Below, in pieces: positions 10,620 through 22,702 of a stretch of DNA of 64,000 bases. The first letter of the stretch is position 1. Every line of letters starts with the position of its first letter. Both the position numbers and the translations under genes were made by a program. The notes under the pieces were generated by a model. It saw only the letters and a program-made list of their open reading frames with translations, was not told the origin of the DNA and made no database searches. The stretch covers positions 228,121,336-228,185,335 of the forward strand of contig NC_052148.1 of NCBI RefSeq assembly GCF_902713615.1, read 5' to 3'. The stretch comes from Scyliorhinus canicula (lineage: Eukaryota).

Positions 10620-12000
10620 CCCCACTGACTGACCCCCCCAAAAACCACCCCCAAATGAGACCCCCAACTGACACAACCTATTGATTGACCGAATGATCCA
10701 CCAACTGACACCCCTGGCTGCAACCCCCCAACTGACTCACACCCCCCGACTGACCCCCCTGACTGACTCCCCCTGACTGACTCCGCCCCCCCGACTTACT
10801 CCCCTGACTGGCTCTCCCCTGACTGACTCCCCCTGACTGACTCCGCCCCCCCCCGACTGACTCCCCCGACTGACTCCACCCCTCACCTCCTCCCAACTGA
10901 CTCCCCTGACTGCTCTCCCCTCTGGCTCACACCCACCCAGCAGAAACACCCCCAACACTTGACTGACACCCCAAGTCAGAGCCCCAACAACTGACACCCC
11001 CACCTGAGAACCTGACTGACACTCACACTGACCCTCTGACTCACCTTCTCACTGACTCCTTCCCCACTAACCCTCCCTGACTGATGCCCCCCCCAACGTA
11101 CCCCCCCCGACTGATTCTCCCGACTGACCCCCACGACTGATTCTCCCAACTGACCCCCCACAACTGATTCTCCCAAACGACCCCCCCTCGACTGATTCTC
11201 CCGACTGACCCCCCACGACTGATTCTCCCAAACGACCCCCCCTCGACTGATTCTCCCGACTGACCCCTCCCCGACTGACCCCTCCCCCGACTGACCCCCC
11301 ACGACTGATTCTCCCAAACGACCCCCCCTCGACTGATTCTCCCGACTGACCCCTCCCCGACTGATTCTCCCGAGTGACCCCCCCCGACTGATTCTCCCAA
11401 CTGACCCCCCCGACTGCTTCTCCCGACTGACCCCCCCCCCGACTGTCCCCTCCCCCGACTGACCCCCCCTGACTGATTCTCCCGACTGACCCCTCCCCCG
11501 ACTGATTATCCCGACTACTCCTTCCTAAGTGACTGCCCGCCGACTGATTCCACCCCCAACTGACTTCGCCCCCGACTCAACCCCCACCACGACTGATTCC
11601 CCCCCACCCGACTGACCCTACCCCGACTGACTTCCAGTCTTGCCCTGGCAGTCACCTCCCCGGTTGGCCCAGCCCCAACTTACTCCCCTCCCCAGAATGG
11701 CACCCCCAAGTGACTCCATCCTGACTCACCCACAGATTGACTCCCTCCTGATTGACACCCCCTGGTTGATTCCCCCCCCCCACTGACCACTCGACTGATC
11801 ACCTAATCGACCCCGTCGACACCTTCGACAGACGCCCCCTGAATGAAACCTCCTGACTGACCCTCCCCCGCCATTGACATTCTCCCCCCCCCCCCCCCGG
11901 CTGATCCTGTGTCTCCCCCAGCTGACCGACCCCTACTGATCCCCCAGACTGACTCTCCCCCAAGAGACACCCTCAACTGACTCCCTCCTGATTGACCCCC
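10620..12000. repeat. C-rich degenerate tandem array (CCGACTGACCCC / GACTGATTCTCCC), unit A; also ~34140-35560 and ~53980-54980
   Basis: Visible repeated GACTGA cores separated by C-runs; length varies among units. Confidence 0.9.
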
Positions 12001-13007
12001 AGTACTTACCGGCACTAAGGGGAGCGAATTGTTCACTGGCAAGATTCTCCATTCCGCTGGCTACGCACCCCCACCCGTGGGTTTGCTGGCAGCATCGGGT
12101 GGACACAAGGGAAATCCGATTGGCCAGCGGCAGGAACATAAAATCCCACTGCTGGCAAAGACACTCCACCAAGGGACATGTGGCTGGGGAGGGAGGGAAT
12201 TCACCTCATGGACTTTGCATTCTTATTTGCATTGGCACAATTAGCAAAACCATACCACACAAAATCATCTTTACACTGCTTTGTTCGCAAGTTAAGTTTC
12301 TTCTTTGTAGACTGTTAACCAGAGACCCTGGAGCTCTGTACATAGCTAACATTAGCATTGCTCTGTCCTGCCCAGGGCTCTCCTGCGCAACAATCTCCAA
12401 ATATGAGATCCTGGGCAGAAGGTGCACTGTTTATTTGTGCCTCTGGCTGTCTCTACCATGTACCAAAATGATCCATCTTCACAGTCCTCTTGCCTTGCTT
12501 GCCAGCAGCTAGAAAATGGAAGAAGCTCTTCTCCATGATTTCACACCAAAGCCCGTACATACAGGATGCATAACGTCAAGTGTTCATCAATGGCTCGTGA
12601 CCTGCGCATTGCTGCCACCTCTGGCCAGAAGGCTATACACAGCCTCATGTTGTTCTCATTTTAAAGCCAGTCATGGCAGCCATTCTTAATTTAAACACCG
12701 GTAGTGGCCGTTGGGCGCTTCTCCCTCGATCGGAATCACCGCGGGAGTGCTGCGACTCATCACTCCATGACCCTCCCAGCACCCACCAGGGACACCTCCC
12801 CTCAGCCCCCCCCCCCTCCTTTTGTGCTGCCAATTTCTGCTCCTTTGGACCTGGAGACACTGGTTCCTCGCTGATGCTTTTTGTTTTGGTTGGCGATCCG
12901 TTGCAGTTTTCAGTCCAATGGCCACATTTTCTATTTTATTCTCAGAATAAAGGCGTCACCGGGCAAAGCCAACATTTATTACCCTTTCCTGGTTCCCCAA
13001 AGACATT

Positions 13008-13614
13008 GGGCCGGAATCTCTTTGCCCTGGGCCGGGCCGGAGAATCCCCGTGACTGGCGCGAATCGCACCACGCCGCCCCGACGCCAGGATGCGATTCTC
13101 CGATCCATTGGCGCAGACATGGTCGGCGCACCGCCAGTCAGGGCCCGCTCTACGCAGCCCCCCTGCCGATTCTCGGCCCGGGATGGGCTGAGCAGCCGTC
13201 GCAAAAAACCCGAGTTCCACTGGCGCCGTTCACAACTGTTCACAGCCGGCGGGACCTCGGTGTGGAAGGATCAGGGAGTGGCTTGTGGAGGCGGGAGGGG
13301 GGATTGACCCCGGGGGGGCCTCCAATGTGGCCTGGCCCGTGATCGGGGCCCAGCAATCGGCAGGCCAGCCTCTCTGGCTAGGGGCCTCCTTCCTTCCGCG
13401 CCAGCCCCTGTAGCCCTGCGCCATGTTGTATCGGGGGCGGCACGGAGAAGGGGGCCACTGCGCACGTGAGCATTGGCGCCGGTGGCACTGTGCATGCACG
13501 GCCCCCTGTCAGGGCCAGAATTGCTGATCCTGACGCCGTGTTGACGCTGCCGAGAAACGCAACGGCGTTTCCGATGGTCTCAACTTTTAGCCTCAGGATC
13601 ACAGAATCCCGCCC
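13008..13614. mobile_element. PIF/Harbinger-type MITE (also 55987-56637; only the right end survives in unit B, ~36061-36167)
   Basis: TIRs GGGCCGGA(A/T)TCTC ... AGAATCCCGCCC with a 3-bp TSD ATT/ATT. Confidence 0.8.
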
Positions 13615-13830
13615 ATTGTATTGAACAAGACCGCTTGTGAGGTCACAGAGGCCAGTTACGAGTTAACCACAATGGTGTGAAGCTGAAGTTGAATATAAAC
13701 CAGATCAGATAACACGGAACGTTTGCTTCCCTAATGAATCTATGTGGCCTACTCGATGTTCCTGTGACAATCAAACAACTTCCTCACCATTCGCACCGAT
13801 AAAGGGTGAGATATCTGAGAAATTGAATCT

Positions 13831-14183
13831 GTTCGGGGCCCACCGATTCACGGGCAGGCCTGTGCCGTGGGGGCACTCTATTGTTCTGCACCAGAGGCCA
13901 TGGTCCTCCGCCATGCCCGGTGCAAAAGTGAATCCCTCTGAGCATGCGCGGGAATGACGCCAGCACGCGCTGGTGCTCCCGCACATGCGCCGACTCGCAC
14001 CAGCTGGCGGAGGCCCTTCGGCGCCGGTTGGCGTGGTGCCAAGCCCCTTTCCCGCTGGCTGGCGGGGCGCCAACCACTCTGGGGCGAGCCTAGCCCCTGA
14101 AGGTGCAGAGAACCAGGAAATGGTTCACGCCACTCCATCCCGCCGGGACCCCCCGCCCCGCTGGGTACAAGAGAATCCCACCC
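13831..14183. mobile_element. Right-hand fragment of a related GC-rich MITE, units A and B only (B ~36384-36736)
   Basis: Ends in GAGAATCCCACCCC (same TIR family); occupies the place of ~1.8 kb present in unit C (56861-58636). Confidence 0.55.
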
Positions 14184-14505
14184 CTAATTTATCGAGTCCA
14201 ATGACTCTTTGTCAAAGGTGTGCAGGTTAGGTGGATTGGCCTTGCTAAACTGACCCTTAGTGTACAAAGATGTGTAGGTTATATGGGGTTGCAGGGATGG
14301 AGTGTGGGGGTGGGCCTAGATGGGGTGCTCTTTCAGAGTGTCAGTGTGGATTCGATGGGCCAAGGAGCCTCCTTCTGCACTGTAGGAATTCTATGTACTT
14401 GACCTCATTCTGAGCAATATACTTGTGGCAGATGTGGCTGTCCATGACAGGATTGGTAGAAGTGATCACCACACAGACCCTAAGGGCCAAAGTGAATCTT
14501 CACAC

Positions 14506-17500
14506 TGTTATGGGAGAGGTGTTTTCAGAACCCCAAAATGTATCATGGAGTTCAACCAACCTCTCCCTTTAATGTATTGTTGCTTTTGAAGCACACGGCT
14601 TGGTCTCCAGGTGTGGTATTACAATTATGGACACATGGGTTTTTAAACACAAAACAATGTTTATTCCATGAATTCAACTTAACCTTTTCAAATAAACATT
14701 GGATCCCTTAACACCCCTTACGTCAAAGATAACCCCGAATATAATACAACACTAAATAATCCTTCAAAATGTTCCTTCAAACCTCCAAAAGACTTAACAC
14801 CTTTAAACAGAAACACATCAGGTTAAAGACATTACTATTATGATTTTAAATGACCCAAATGATTCAGAGATAGTCTTTTCTGGCAGAGATCACCGCAGAT
14901 CCAGCTCACTGCAAACACAGACACACCCAAGCTCTTTTCCTCAAAAATGAACCTAAACACTGCAAATTGGCTGAGCTAAAACCCAGCTCCACCCACACTC
15001 TGACATCACTTCAGTAATATGAGCTGCTTTATTTCTTAAAGGTACATCGCTTAAACATCAATTTCTTAAAGGTACTCTCACATGACACCTCCCCCCAGAA
15101 ACAAAAGAAACCATCAATTTCAAGATGGTTTCATTTTTCACTTTTGCACCATCCACTAAGAAATGTACACAGTAAATATAATTTTTCGTTTCACAAAAAA
15201 ACACACACAAACAGGCATAATAATAAAGTCCATGTTTCCCGTTCTTCCTCCAACCAAAATCCTTCTCGATTGACAGTCTCTTTGAACAAGAAAGTCAATG
15301 CACGATTCATCCATTCCTCTACGCCTCGGCATTTCTCTTTAAAGTCAGATACTTTAGTTCAATCTGACCACAGATCCCCTTGCAATTCTCCAGCACAGGA
15401 GCATCGGTTATCACAGCTTTCAGGCCATCACATGCCTGTTGAAAGTCCGCTGTCCATTGAAATTTTTAACGTTTCTTTAGCAAGTCCATCAGTGGAGTAA
15501 TCACGCCACAAAACTTTTGCACAAAGGTTCGATCAAATCCACTCATGCTACGAAATCACATTATTTTCCTTCGTCTTGAGGGTATTGGAAACTCCTCAAG
15601 GAAAGTGATTCGGGCTCCTCCAAATTAACTTTCGGCTAGGTTCATCACCAAACCCGTCTCCTGAAGTGGATCGAAGAACTCCATACGATGCTTTAAATGT
15701 TCTTTCCATGTCTGGAAGTTGGAAATAAAAGCAGATTGTCCCACTTTCTCACGGCAATCCTTCAAACGTGGGAAAGTGTAAGAGTCCGTTCTTGTAACTG
15801 CATTCACCTTTCGATAGTCCACACACAACCGTTGGGTACTGTCTGGTTTAGGTACCATCACTATGGGTGAGCTCCATTGGCTGCAACCCACGTTAATTAT
15901 GCCATTTTTCAGCATACTCTCAATCTCTCTGTTAACCTATGCCAATTTTAAAGGATTAAGCCTATATGGATGTTGTTTGATAGGAGCAGCATTTCCCACA
16001 TCTACATCATGTATAGCCATTTTAGTACTTCCCAATTTATCTCTACAAACTTGCCCATGTGATATCAATAACTCTTTCAGGTCAGTTCGTGTTTCCTCTG
16101 GAAGGTAACTTTACAATTCATCCCAATTTTTAAGAACATCCTCATTTTCCAATTTAATTTGAGGTATGTCAAATTCACAGTTAACTGGATTTGGTTTGTC
16201 ACTTTGAGTTAGAATCATTAAAACTTCCCTTTTCTCTCCTTCCCTTTCAAAGTACCTTTTAAACATATTCACGTGACACATTTGGTGAGTCTTCCTTCTA
16301 TCTGGTGTTTTTACCACATAATTCACCTCACTTAATTTCCTTTCAATCTGATACAGTCCACAAAACCTAGCTTTTAAAGGTTCACCTACCACTGGTAACA
16401 ACACTAAAACTTTATCTCCACTGACAAAACTAGGAACTTTGGATTTCTTGTCCGCTACTCGTTTCATCACATTTTGTGCAACTTTCAAATGTTGTCTAGC
16501 CAATTCACCTGCTTTATTTAATCGTTCCCTAAAATTTGACATGTAATTCAACAGTGTAATTTCAGATTTCTCAACCACCGATTTTTCCTTAATCAATTTA
16601 AGTCGTCCTCTTACCTCATGACCAAAAATTAGTTCAAAAGGACTAAATTTGGTCGACTCATTAGGTGCATCACTAATTGCAAATGATACGATTGGAATTC
16701 CTTTATCCCAATCCTCTGCATAATGTTGACAATACGCCCTCAACATTGTCTTTAATGTCTGATGCCACCTTTCTAACTCTCCCTGCGATCCTGGATAGTA
16801 CGCAGTTGATTTAAATTGTTTTATTCCTAAGATATCCATAACTTCTTTGAAAAACTGTGAATTAAAATTTGATCCTTGATCCAATTGAATTTCTGTGGGT
16901 AGTCCATATCTAGTAAAGAATTTAAGTAACTTCTCCACAGTCCTTTTAGCTGTAATATTACGGACGGGAATGGCCTCTGGAAACCTAGCAGACACATCCA
17001 TTATAGTCACAAGATATTGATTCCCACTTTTTGTTTCAGGAAGCGGTCCTACGCAATCAATTAGGACCCTTGTAAAAGGTTCCTCAAATGCTGGAATGGG
17101 TATTAAGGGCGCTGCTTTTATCACTGCTTGAGGTTTCCCTATCACTTGACATTTGTGACATGATTGACAAGATTTAACTACACTTTTATGTAGCCCAGGC
17201 CAATAAAAATGTTTCTGGATTTTAGCTTGAGTTTTCCTTATTCCCAAATGACCACCCACTGGTACCTCATGTGCAACTCGCAACACCGCCTTTCTATACC
17301 CTACCGGCAATACTATTTGATGAACTTCTGCCCACTTTTCATCCGTCTGCATATGTACAGGTCTCCATTTTCTCATCAAGACATCACTTTTACAGTAATA
17401 ACACTCTGGTATACTCTCAGATTCCTCTTCCGTATATGCTTTCTGATATATCCGTTTTATTTCTAAATATTTCTGTTGTAACTCCGCCAATTTTCCTGAA

Positions 17501-18392
17501 CTAAAAATATCTGCCTCATCCTCCACCTGTTCTTGTTCTTTTTCAACCATCTGATCAAAGATCGATTCTGATAATTGCACTTCAACTTCATCTTCACTCT
17601 TTGATTTCTCCTCCTGTTTTAACCTGTGACTTTGCGACCGGGTTACTACACAATCCGGAAAAATCCCAGGATATTCATCCTTCAACCCTTCAGTTGTCTG
17701 ATTTTCCACTGGCTTATCAACCACAGTAGGCATCATTCCCACCTGTGATCCAGCTATATCATTACCCAAGATAAACTGTATTTCTGGACAAGATAGTTGA
17801 TCTATTACTCCTACTACCACTTCACCACTCTTCACTGGACTTTCCAACCTTACCTTATATAATGGAATGCTACTCCTCTCACCTTGAATTCCACATATCA
17901 CCACCTTTTCTGGCAACATTCTTCCCAAACTACATAATTCCTCATCTCTTGCCATTAACGACTGACTAGCCCCTGTATCTCTTAAAATTGTGACTTCTTT
18001 ACCTGCTCCTCCTGATACACATGAGTAATTCTTTAAAGACATCTGGCAACTTCTTAAAAATTACATATTGAACAGGCTGTACAATTGTTTGCACCTCCTT
18101 CGCTTCCCTTGGGCTTTCCTTTACCACTCCAACAAATCCCATTGTTTTATCCTGTTTTACCACATCAGCCTTCCCAGTGCTTTTCTTCAACCACCAACAC
18201 TGTGACTTTACATGGCCTAGTTTATTACAGTGAAAACATTTGAAACTTTTCATCTTTTTCCACCCTCCTGGATTTCTTTTTTAATCTGAGGTACACTCTC
18301 TTTACTGTCTCCCATCAGATCACCTTTACCTTTACCACTTGAGTATTTCTCATGTCCCCAGTTTCTATCCCTCACCGGCTGAAACTGATGTC
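14506..18392 (-). mobile_element. 5'-truncated Gmr1-like Ty3/Gypsy LTR retrotransposon, unit A (3' LTR 14506-15087)
   Basis: 582-bp LTR with TG..CA inverted termini (TGTTATG/CATGACA) and an adjacent PPT (GGGGGGAGG on minus). Minus-strand order: zinc knuckle CFHCNKLGHVKSQC, protease LRDTGAS, integrase HHCC + DDE (DCVGP, DQGSNF, ERWH), then partial RT (SSPIVMVPKPD..RLCVDYRKVN). Confidence 0.9.
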
Positions 18393-19465
18393 TGGTAACA
18401 GCGGGGAAGAAGCTGTTTTTGAATCTGTTTGTGCATGTTCTCAGACTTTTGTATCTCCTGCCCGATGGAAGAAGTTGGAAGTGTGAGTAAGCCGGGAGGG
18501 AGGGGTCTTTGATTATGCTGCCCGCTTTCCCAAGGCAGCGGGAGGTGTAGATGGAGTCAATGGATGGGAGGCAGGTTTGTGTGATGAACTGGGTTGGGTT
18601 CACAACTCTCTGAAGTTTCTTGCGGTTTTGAGCTGAGCACTTGCCATACCAGGCTGTGATGCAGCCCGATAGGATGCATTCTCTGGTGCACCTGTAAAAA
18701 TTGGTAAGAGTCAGTATGGACATGCCGAATTTCCTTAGTTTCCTGAGAAAGTAAAGGCGCTGTTGTGCTTTCGTGGTGGTAGCGTCGACATGGGTGGACC
18801 AGGGCAGATGTTTGGTGATGTGTACACCGAGGAATGTGAAGCTGTCAACCATCTCCACCTCGGCCCCATTGATGCTGGCAGGGGTGTGTACAGTTCTTTG
18901 CTTCCTGAAGTCAATGACCAGTTCTTTAGTTTTGCTGGCATTGAGGAATTGATTGTTGTTGTTACACCACTCCACTAAGTTCCCTCCTGTAATCTGACTC
19001 GATGTTGTTCGAGATCCAACCCACTATGGTTGTGTCGTTTGCAAACATGTAAATAGAGTTGGAACCAAATTTTGCCACGCAGCCGTGTATGCATAGGAAG
19101 TATAGTAGGGGACTAAGTACGCAGCCTTGCGAGGCCCCGGTATTGAGGATTATTATGGAGGAGGTGTTGTTTATTCTTACTGATTGTGGTCTGTGGATCA
19201 GAAAGTCGAGGATCCAGTTGCAGAGTGAGGAGCCAAGTCCTAGGTTTTGGAGCTTTGATATGAGCTTGGCAGCGATTATGGTGTTGAGGGCAGAGCTGCA
19301 GTCAATAAATAGGATTCTGATGTAGGGGTCACTTGTTGTTGAGATGCTCCAGGAATGAGTGAAGGGCCAGGGAGGCGGTGTCTGCTGTGGACCGGTTGTG
19401 GCGGTAAGCAATTGCAGTGGGTCTAAGCATCCTTGGAATATGGAGTTGATGAGCTTCATGGCCAA
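18390..19465 (-). mobile_element. Truncated Rex-Babar-clade LINE reverse transcriptase fragment
   Basis: [37 protein letters not shown] (FADD decayed), KTKEL-IDFRK, KAQQRLYFLRKL, LLPSGRRY, FKNSFFP. Confidence 0.85.
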
Positions 19466-19503
19466 TGATAGTGTGTAAAAAAGACATTGAAGTGTCTGAT
19501 CAG

Positions 19504-19695
19504 CAGGGTGGAACAGTGGTGCAGTGGTTAGCACTGCTGCCTCACGGCACCAAGAATTCAGGTTTGATCCCAGCCCCGGGTCACTGTTCGTGTGGAGTTT
19601 CCGCATTCTCCCCATGTCTGCATGGGTCTCATCCTCACAACCCAAGGATGTGCAGGTGGATTGGCCATGCTAAATTGCCCCTGAATTGGAAAAAT
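19504..19695 (+). mobile_element. tRNA-derived V-SINE (HE1-like); also ~42084-42275
   Basis: A-box GGTGCAGTGGTTAGC, B-box-like GGTTTGATCCC and V-domain-like GTGTGGAGTTT..TTCTCCCC..GGATTGGCCATGCTAAATTGCCCC. Confidence 0.8.
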
Positions 19696-19744
19696 TTTAA
19701 AAATGAAACAAAAAAGAAGTGTCCAATCAGCCGTGATCTTATTA

Positions 19745-20080
19745 AATAACAGACCAGGCACGACGGGCTGAATGACCTACTCCTGTTCCTATGTTCCAGG
19801 TTGGTTCGGCATGATTTCCCTTTCACAAAACCATGTTGACTCTGCCTGATTACCTTGAACTTATCCAAGTGGCCTCCTTTCACTTCTTTAATAATGGCTT
19901 CCAACATTTTCCCTATGACAGATGTGAAGCTAACTGGCCTGTACTTACCCCCTCTCTATCTCCCTCTCTTTTTGAATAATGGAGTTGCGTTTACTACCTT
20001 CCAATCTAATGGAACCGTCCACAAATCTTTGGAAAATTCAAACTAAATGCATCAACTATCTCACTAGCCACTTCTTTCAA
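19745..20080 (-). mobile_element. CR1-type LINE fragments (also ~42325-42660)
   Basis: MLEAIIKE...IRQSQHGFVKGKSC-TNL is the CR1 RT N-terminal motif. Confidence 0.75.
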
Positions 20081-22702
20081 GAATAATTTAATTCCTGTTT
20101 TAATTTGGTCCATGATGATCAGTGTAGAAACTGGGCCTGGGAAGTAAGGTTATCTTGCTGAGAAAAGATCAGAAATCATTGCTGAGGAACAGGACCCCTC
20201 CACCACACTCCTGATCAAACAAGCGCCCCACTCCCACTCCCATCTACAGCAGCCTCAGAGCCCCCTACCAGACCTCAACTTTCCGCCTGTGAAGCAAGCC
20301 ATCTTCAGGAATAGGAGGTGCAACAGTTGCCAGCAGCCCACCCAAACAATGATCAATTTGTGGAGGAGTAAACTTAGTTGAGCTTTTGGATTCCCTTCGC
20401 TGGGACAAGTGCGATCAGCACACTATCGGATTCTCACTTTGTGCCGGGAAAACCAGTTTCTACCACTGAGCATGAAAACAATCTCAGTTTCTGCTGAAAC
20501 CTGTTTGCACTGAATTCTGTGATCCTCGCCAATTAGAAGTTGTCTTTGCCATTTTAATGTAACTACTCGACCCAATGGTAAAGTGAGTGACTGTAAGTTA
20601 GAACATTTTCCAGCTAAAAAGAGGTTTATGCAATCATGCCAATAATCAACGTGTAAGCAATCTTTCCTCTAGTTTGTACATATTTTATTTCCTTTTGCTT
20701 CAGGGTGGATGTGCAAGTTGTGCGGTTTTTTTTAACATAGTGAAGGAATCTGAAGACATTATTTGAACTATTATCTTTTCCACCGAGAGGGTTTGTGTCA
20801 GCTATTGCATTACCTGTATTGTGAACCACAATGGCTCAGAGGTCGGTTTGTATTCACGATCATTAGGTGTGTCACCTGAGAAAAGAGAAATGCAAGAGCG
20901 CGGTAAAGGCAGGAAATTACGCAGTGTGGGGTTAATTTGTTATGCTTCAGAAAGGCCATGACTGATGGAAGAGGGATAAACTATAAAGTGATGAAATAAC
21001 ACGTGTAAGATTAAAATGTTGGCTTTTTTAGAGTAATTATCGCACTCAGGTGTCACTGGCAACACTGGTTTTGATTTACAAATGCCTACAGGTCCTCTGG
21101 TTAGTCAGCACCGAGACATTTGGCTGCACGTTCAGCCCTTTCACCTGGAGAAAATTAAACAAGCAACGCTCCCAAAATGGTGGACAATGATCCACCAGCA
21201 TTACGGCTGTCACTGTGGCGACAGCAACGTTCACTGGGGGGACACCAGAGTCAGGCACTACAGGCCTATTTACCATGTTAAGCAGGGTGCTGGGGTCCAG
21301 GGTAAGACCCTGATTTGACCGGCATGTATACTCTGGTCATTGTTGGGGGTGAGGGGGCAGTGGAGGAAGGGGAGCTGAAGTGGATCCTAAAGGGGGGACT
21401 TATTTTCATTATTGTGGGACCAGGAGGTAGAGGAGTAGACACATGCCCAAACCCAGCGTGGGTCCCGCTATCCCAGTTTGCCTTGCTCGTCTTTAGTTGA
21501 CTGAATTTGTTCCAGAAATCCAGGGGGCCCTCAGAGTCCATTTTGAAAGCAGCCATTAAACTCAGCCCAAGGTTTAAAGAAATAAAGGTCTTAAAAAGCT
21601 CTGAATATCACAATTGCACACAGTAACACAATGTTTGGCTGCAGCCCACTTGAAAATGGACCAGTCCCCTCAGAAGGTATATGGATAGTGGGAACTAGTG
21701 GGATACTCACACTGGTGTTGCACTGAGCGGATACACAAATACCGCTCTGCATAAAATGTCTGCAGTGGAATTCTCCGTTCTTGAGACTAAGTGTTGATGC
21801 CGGCACAGGTTTCGTGGAGATCCACGAATGCAAAACTGGCGCCGCAACTGTTAAGGGGCGAGATTCGCATGGTCCAAGATTGACACATACAGGAGGCTGA
21901 CAAGCTGCAGCCGCATAGACGCACTTCACTCCCCACACACACGCCATTCCAGCCAACAAGATGGCAGCAATGATGCCGACTGGAGGCCCTGCTGGACCCG
22001 GTGGAGGAGAGGCGGTTGACTCTGTATTCCGGCCCGGGATGGAGGCTGCCAGCCCGCCGCTGACTGCCGTGCCTAGGTGCCTAGGTGCAGATTGCAGAGG
22101 CTGTCAGCGGGGTGAGCAATACTGTCCGGACGGGCCAGCAGTGCCTGAAAAAACTGCACAACCTCCTCAGGGCAGCCAGGGTGAGTAGGCAGCACTTTGC
22201 CACTGGCACTAACTCATGTCCACACACCCATAACCCGACTATCCCCCCACCCCGGAGGGCGGTGAAAGCCCCATCCTCCACCAGCTGCCGACCCCCATAC
22301 CAGCCAGTATGGCCGGGTGCCCTGGCCACTGAAGCCACCAACTAACTACCCCCTGGGCTGCATGCGTTTGGACTGTCTAAGACTGTACGTTTTCTGTATC
22401 TCCCCTCCCCTCCCCACTCCACAGGGGAAGGGCAGCCATAGCCGGCGGGTGAGGGAGAAAACTGGAGGACTGTCGGACCTGCAGCCCCTCATCAGGGCAG
22501 AGCAGAGGGGCCTGGACATGGTCAGCGGCCTGGAGGAAATGGTGGTCGCCGGGGTGGAGGTCGGCCATGGGCAAGGAAGTGAGACCCAGTTGAGTCCCGG
22601 TTGCCAGTGACATGTGAGTCAACAACCCACCCCCACCCTCACCCCCACACCACGCTCATCTCCACCTGCACCCGACACCACCCTCACTCCCACCCTCAGC
22701 AT

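Noticed and set aside
10620-12000. Repeat-spacer appearance suggestive of a CRISPR array; G/S/V-rich ORFs
   Set aside because: Eukaryotic context, no unique spacers, degenerate low-complexity units.
12611-12628. CTCF-like GCTGCCACCTCTGGCC downstream of copies A and C
   Set aside because: Only half of the consensus aligns; insufficient support.
18250-18975. In-frame LINE RT/Gag fusion ORF as a novel protein
   Set aside because: Frameshifted in the second copy, lacks a promoter and the RT catalytic motif; best read as a rearrangement junction.
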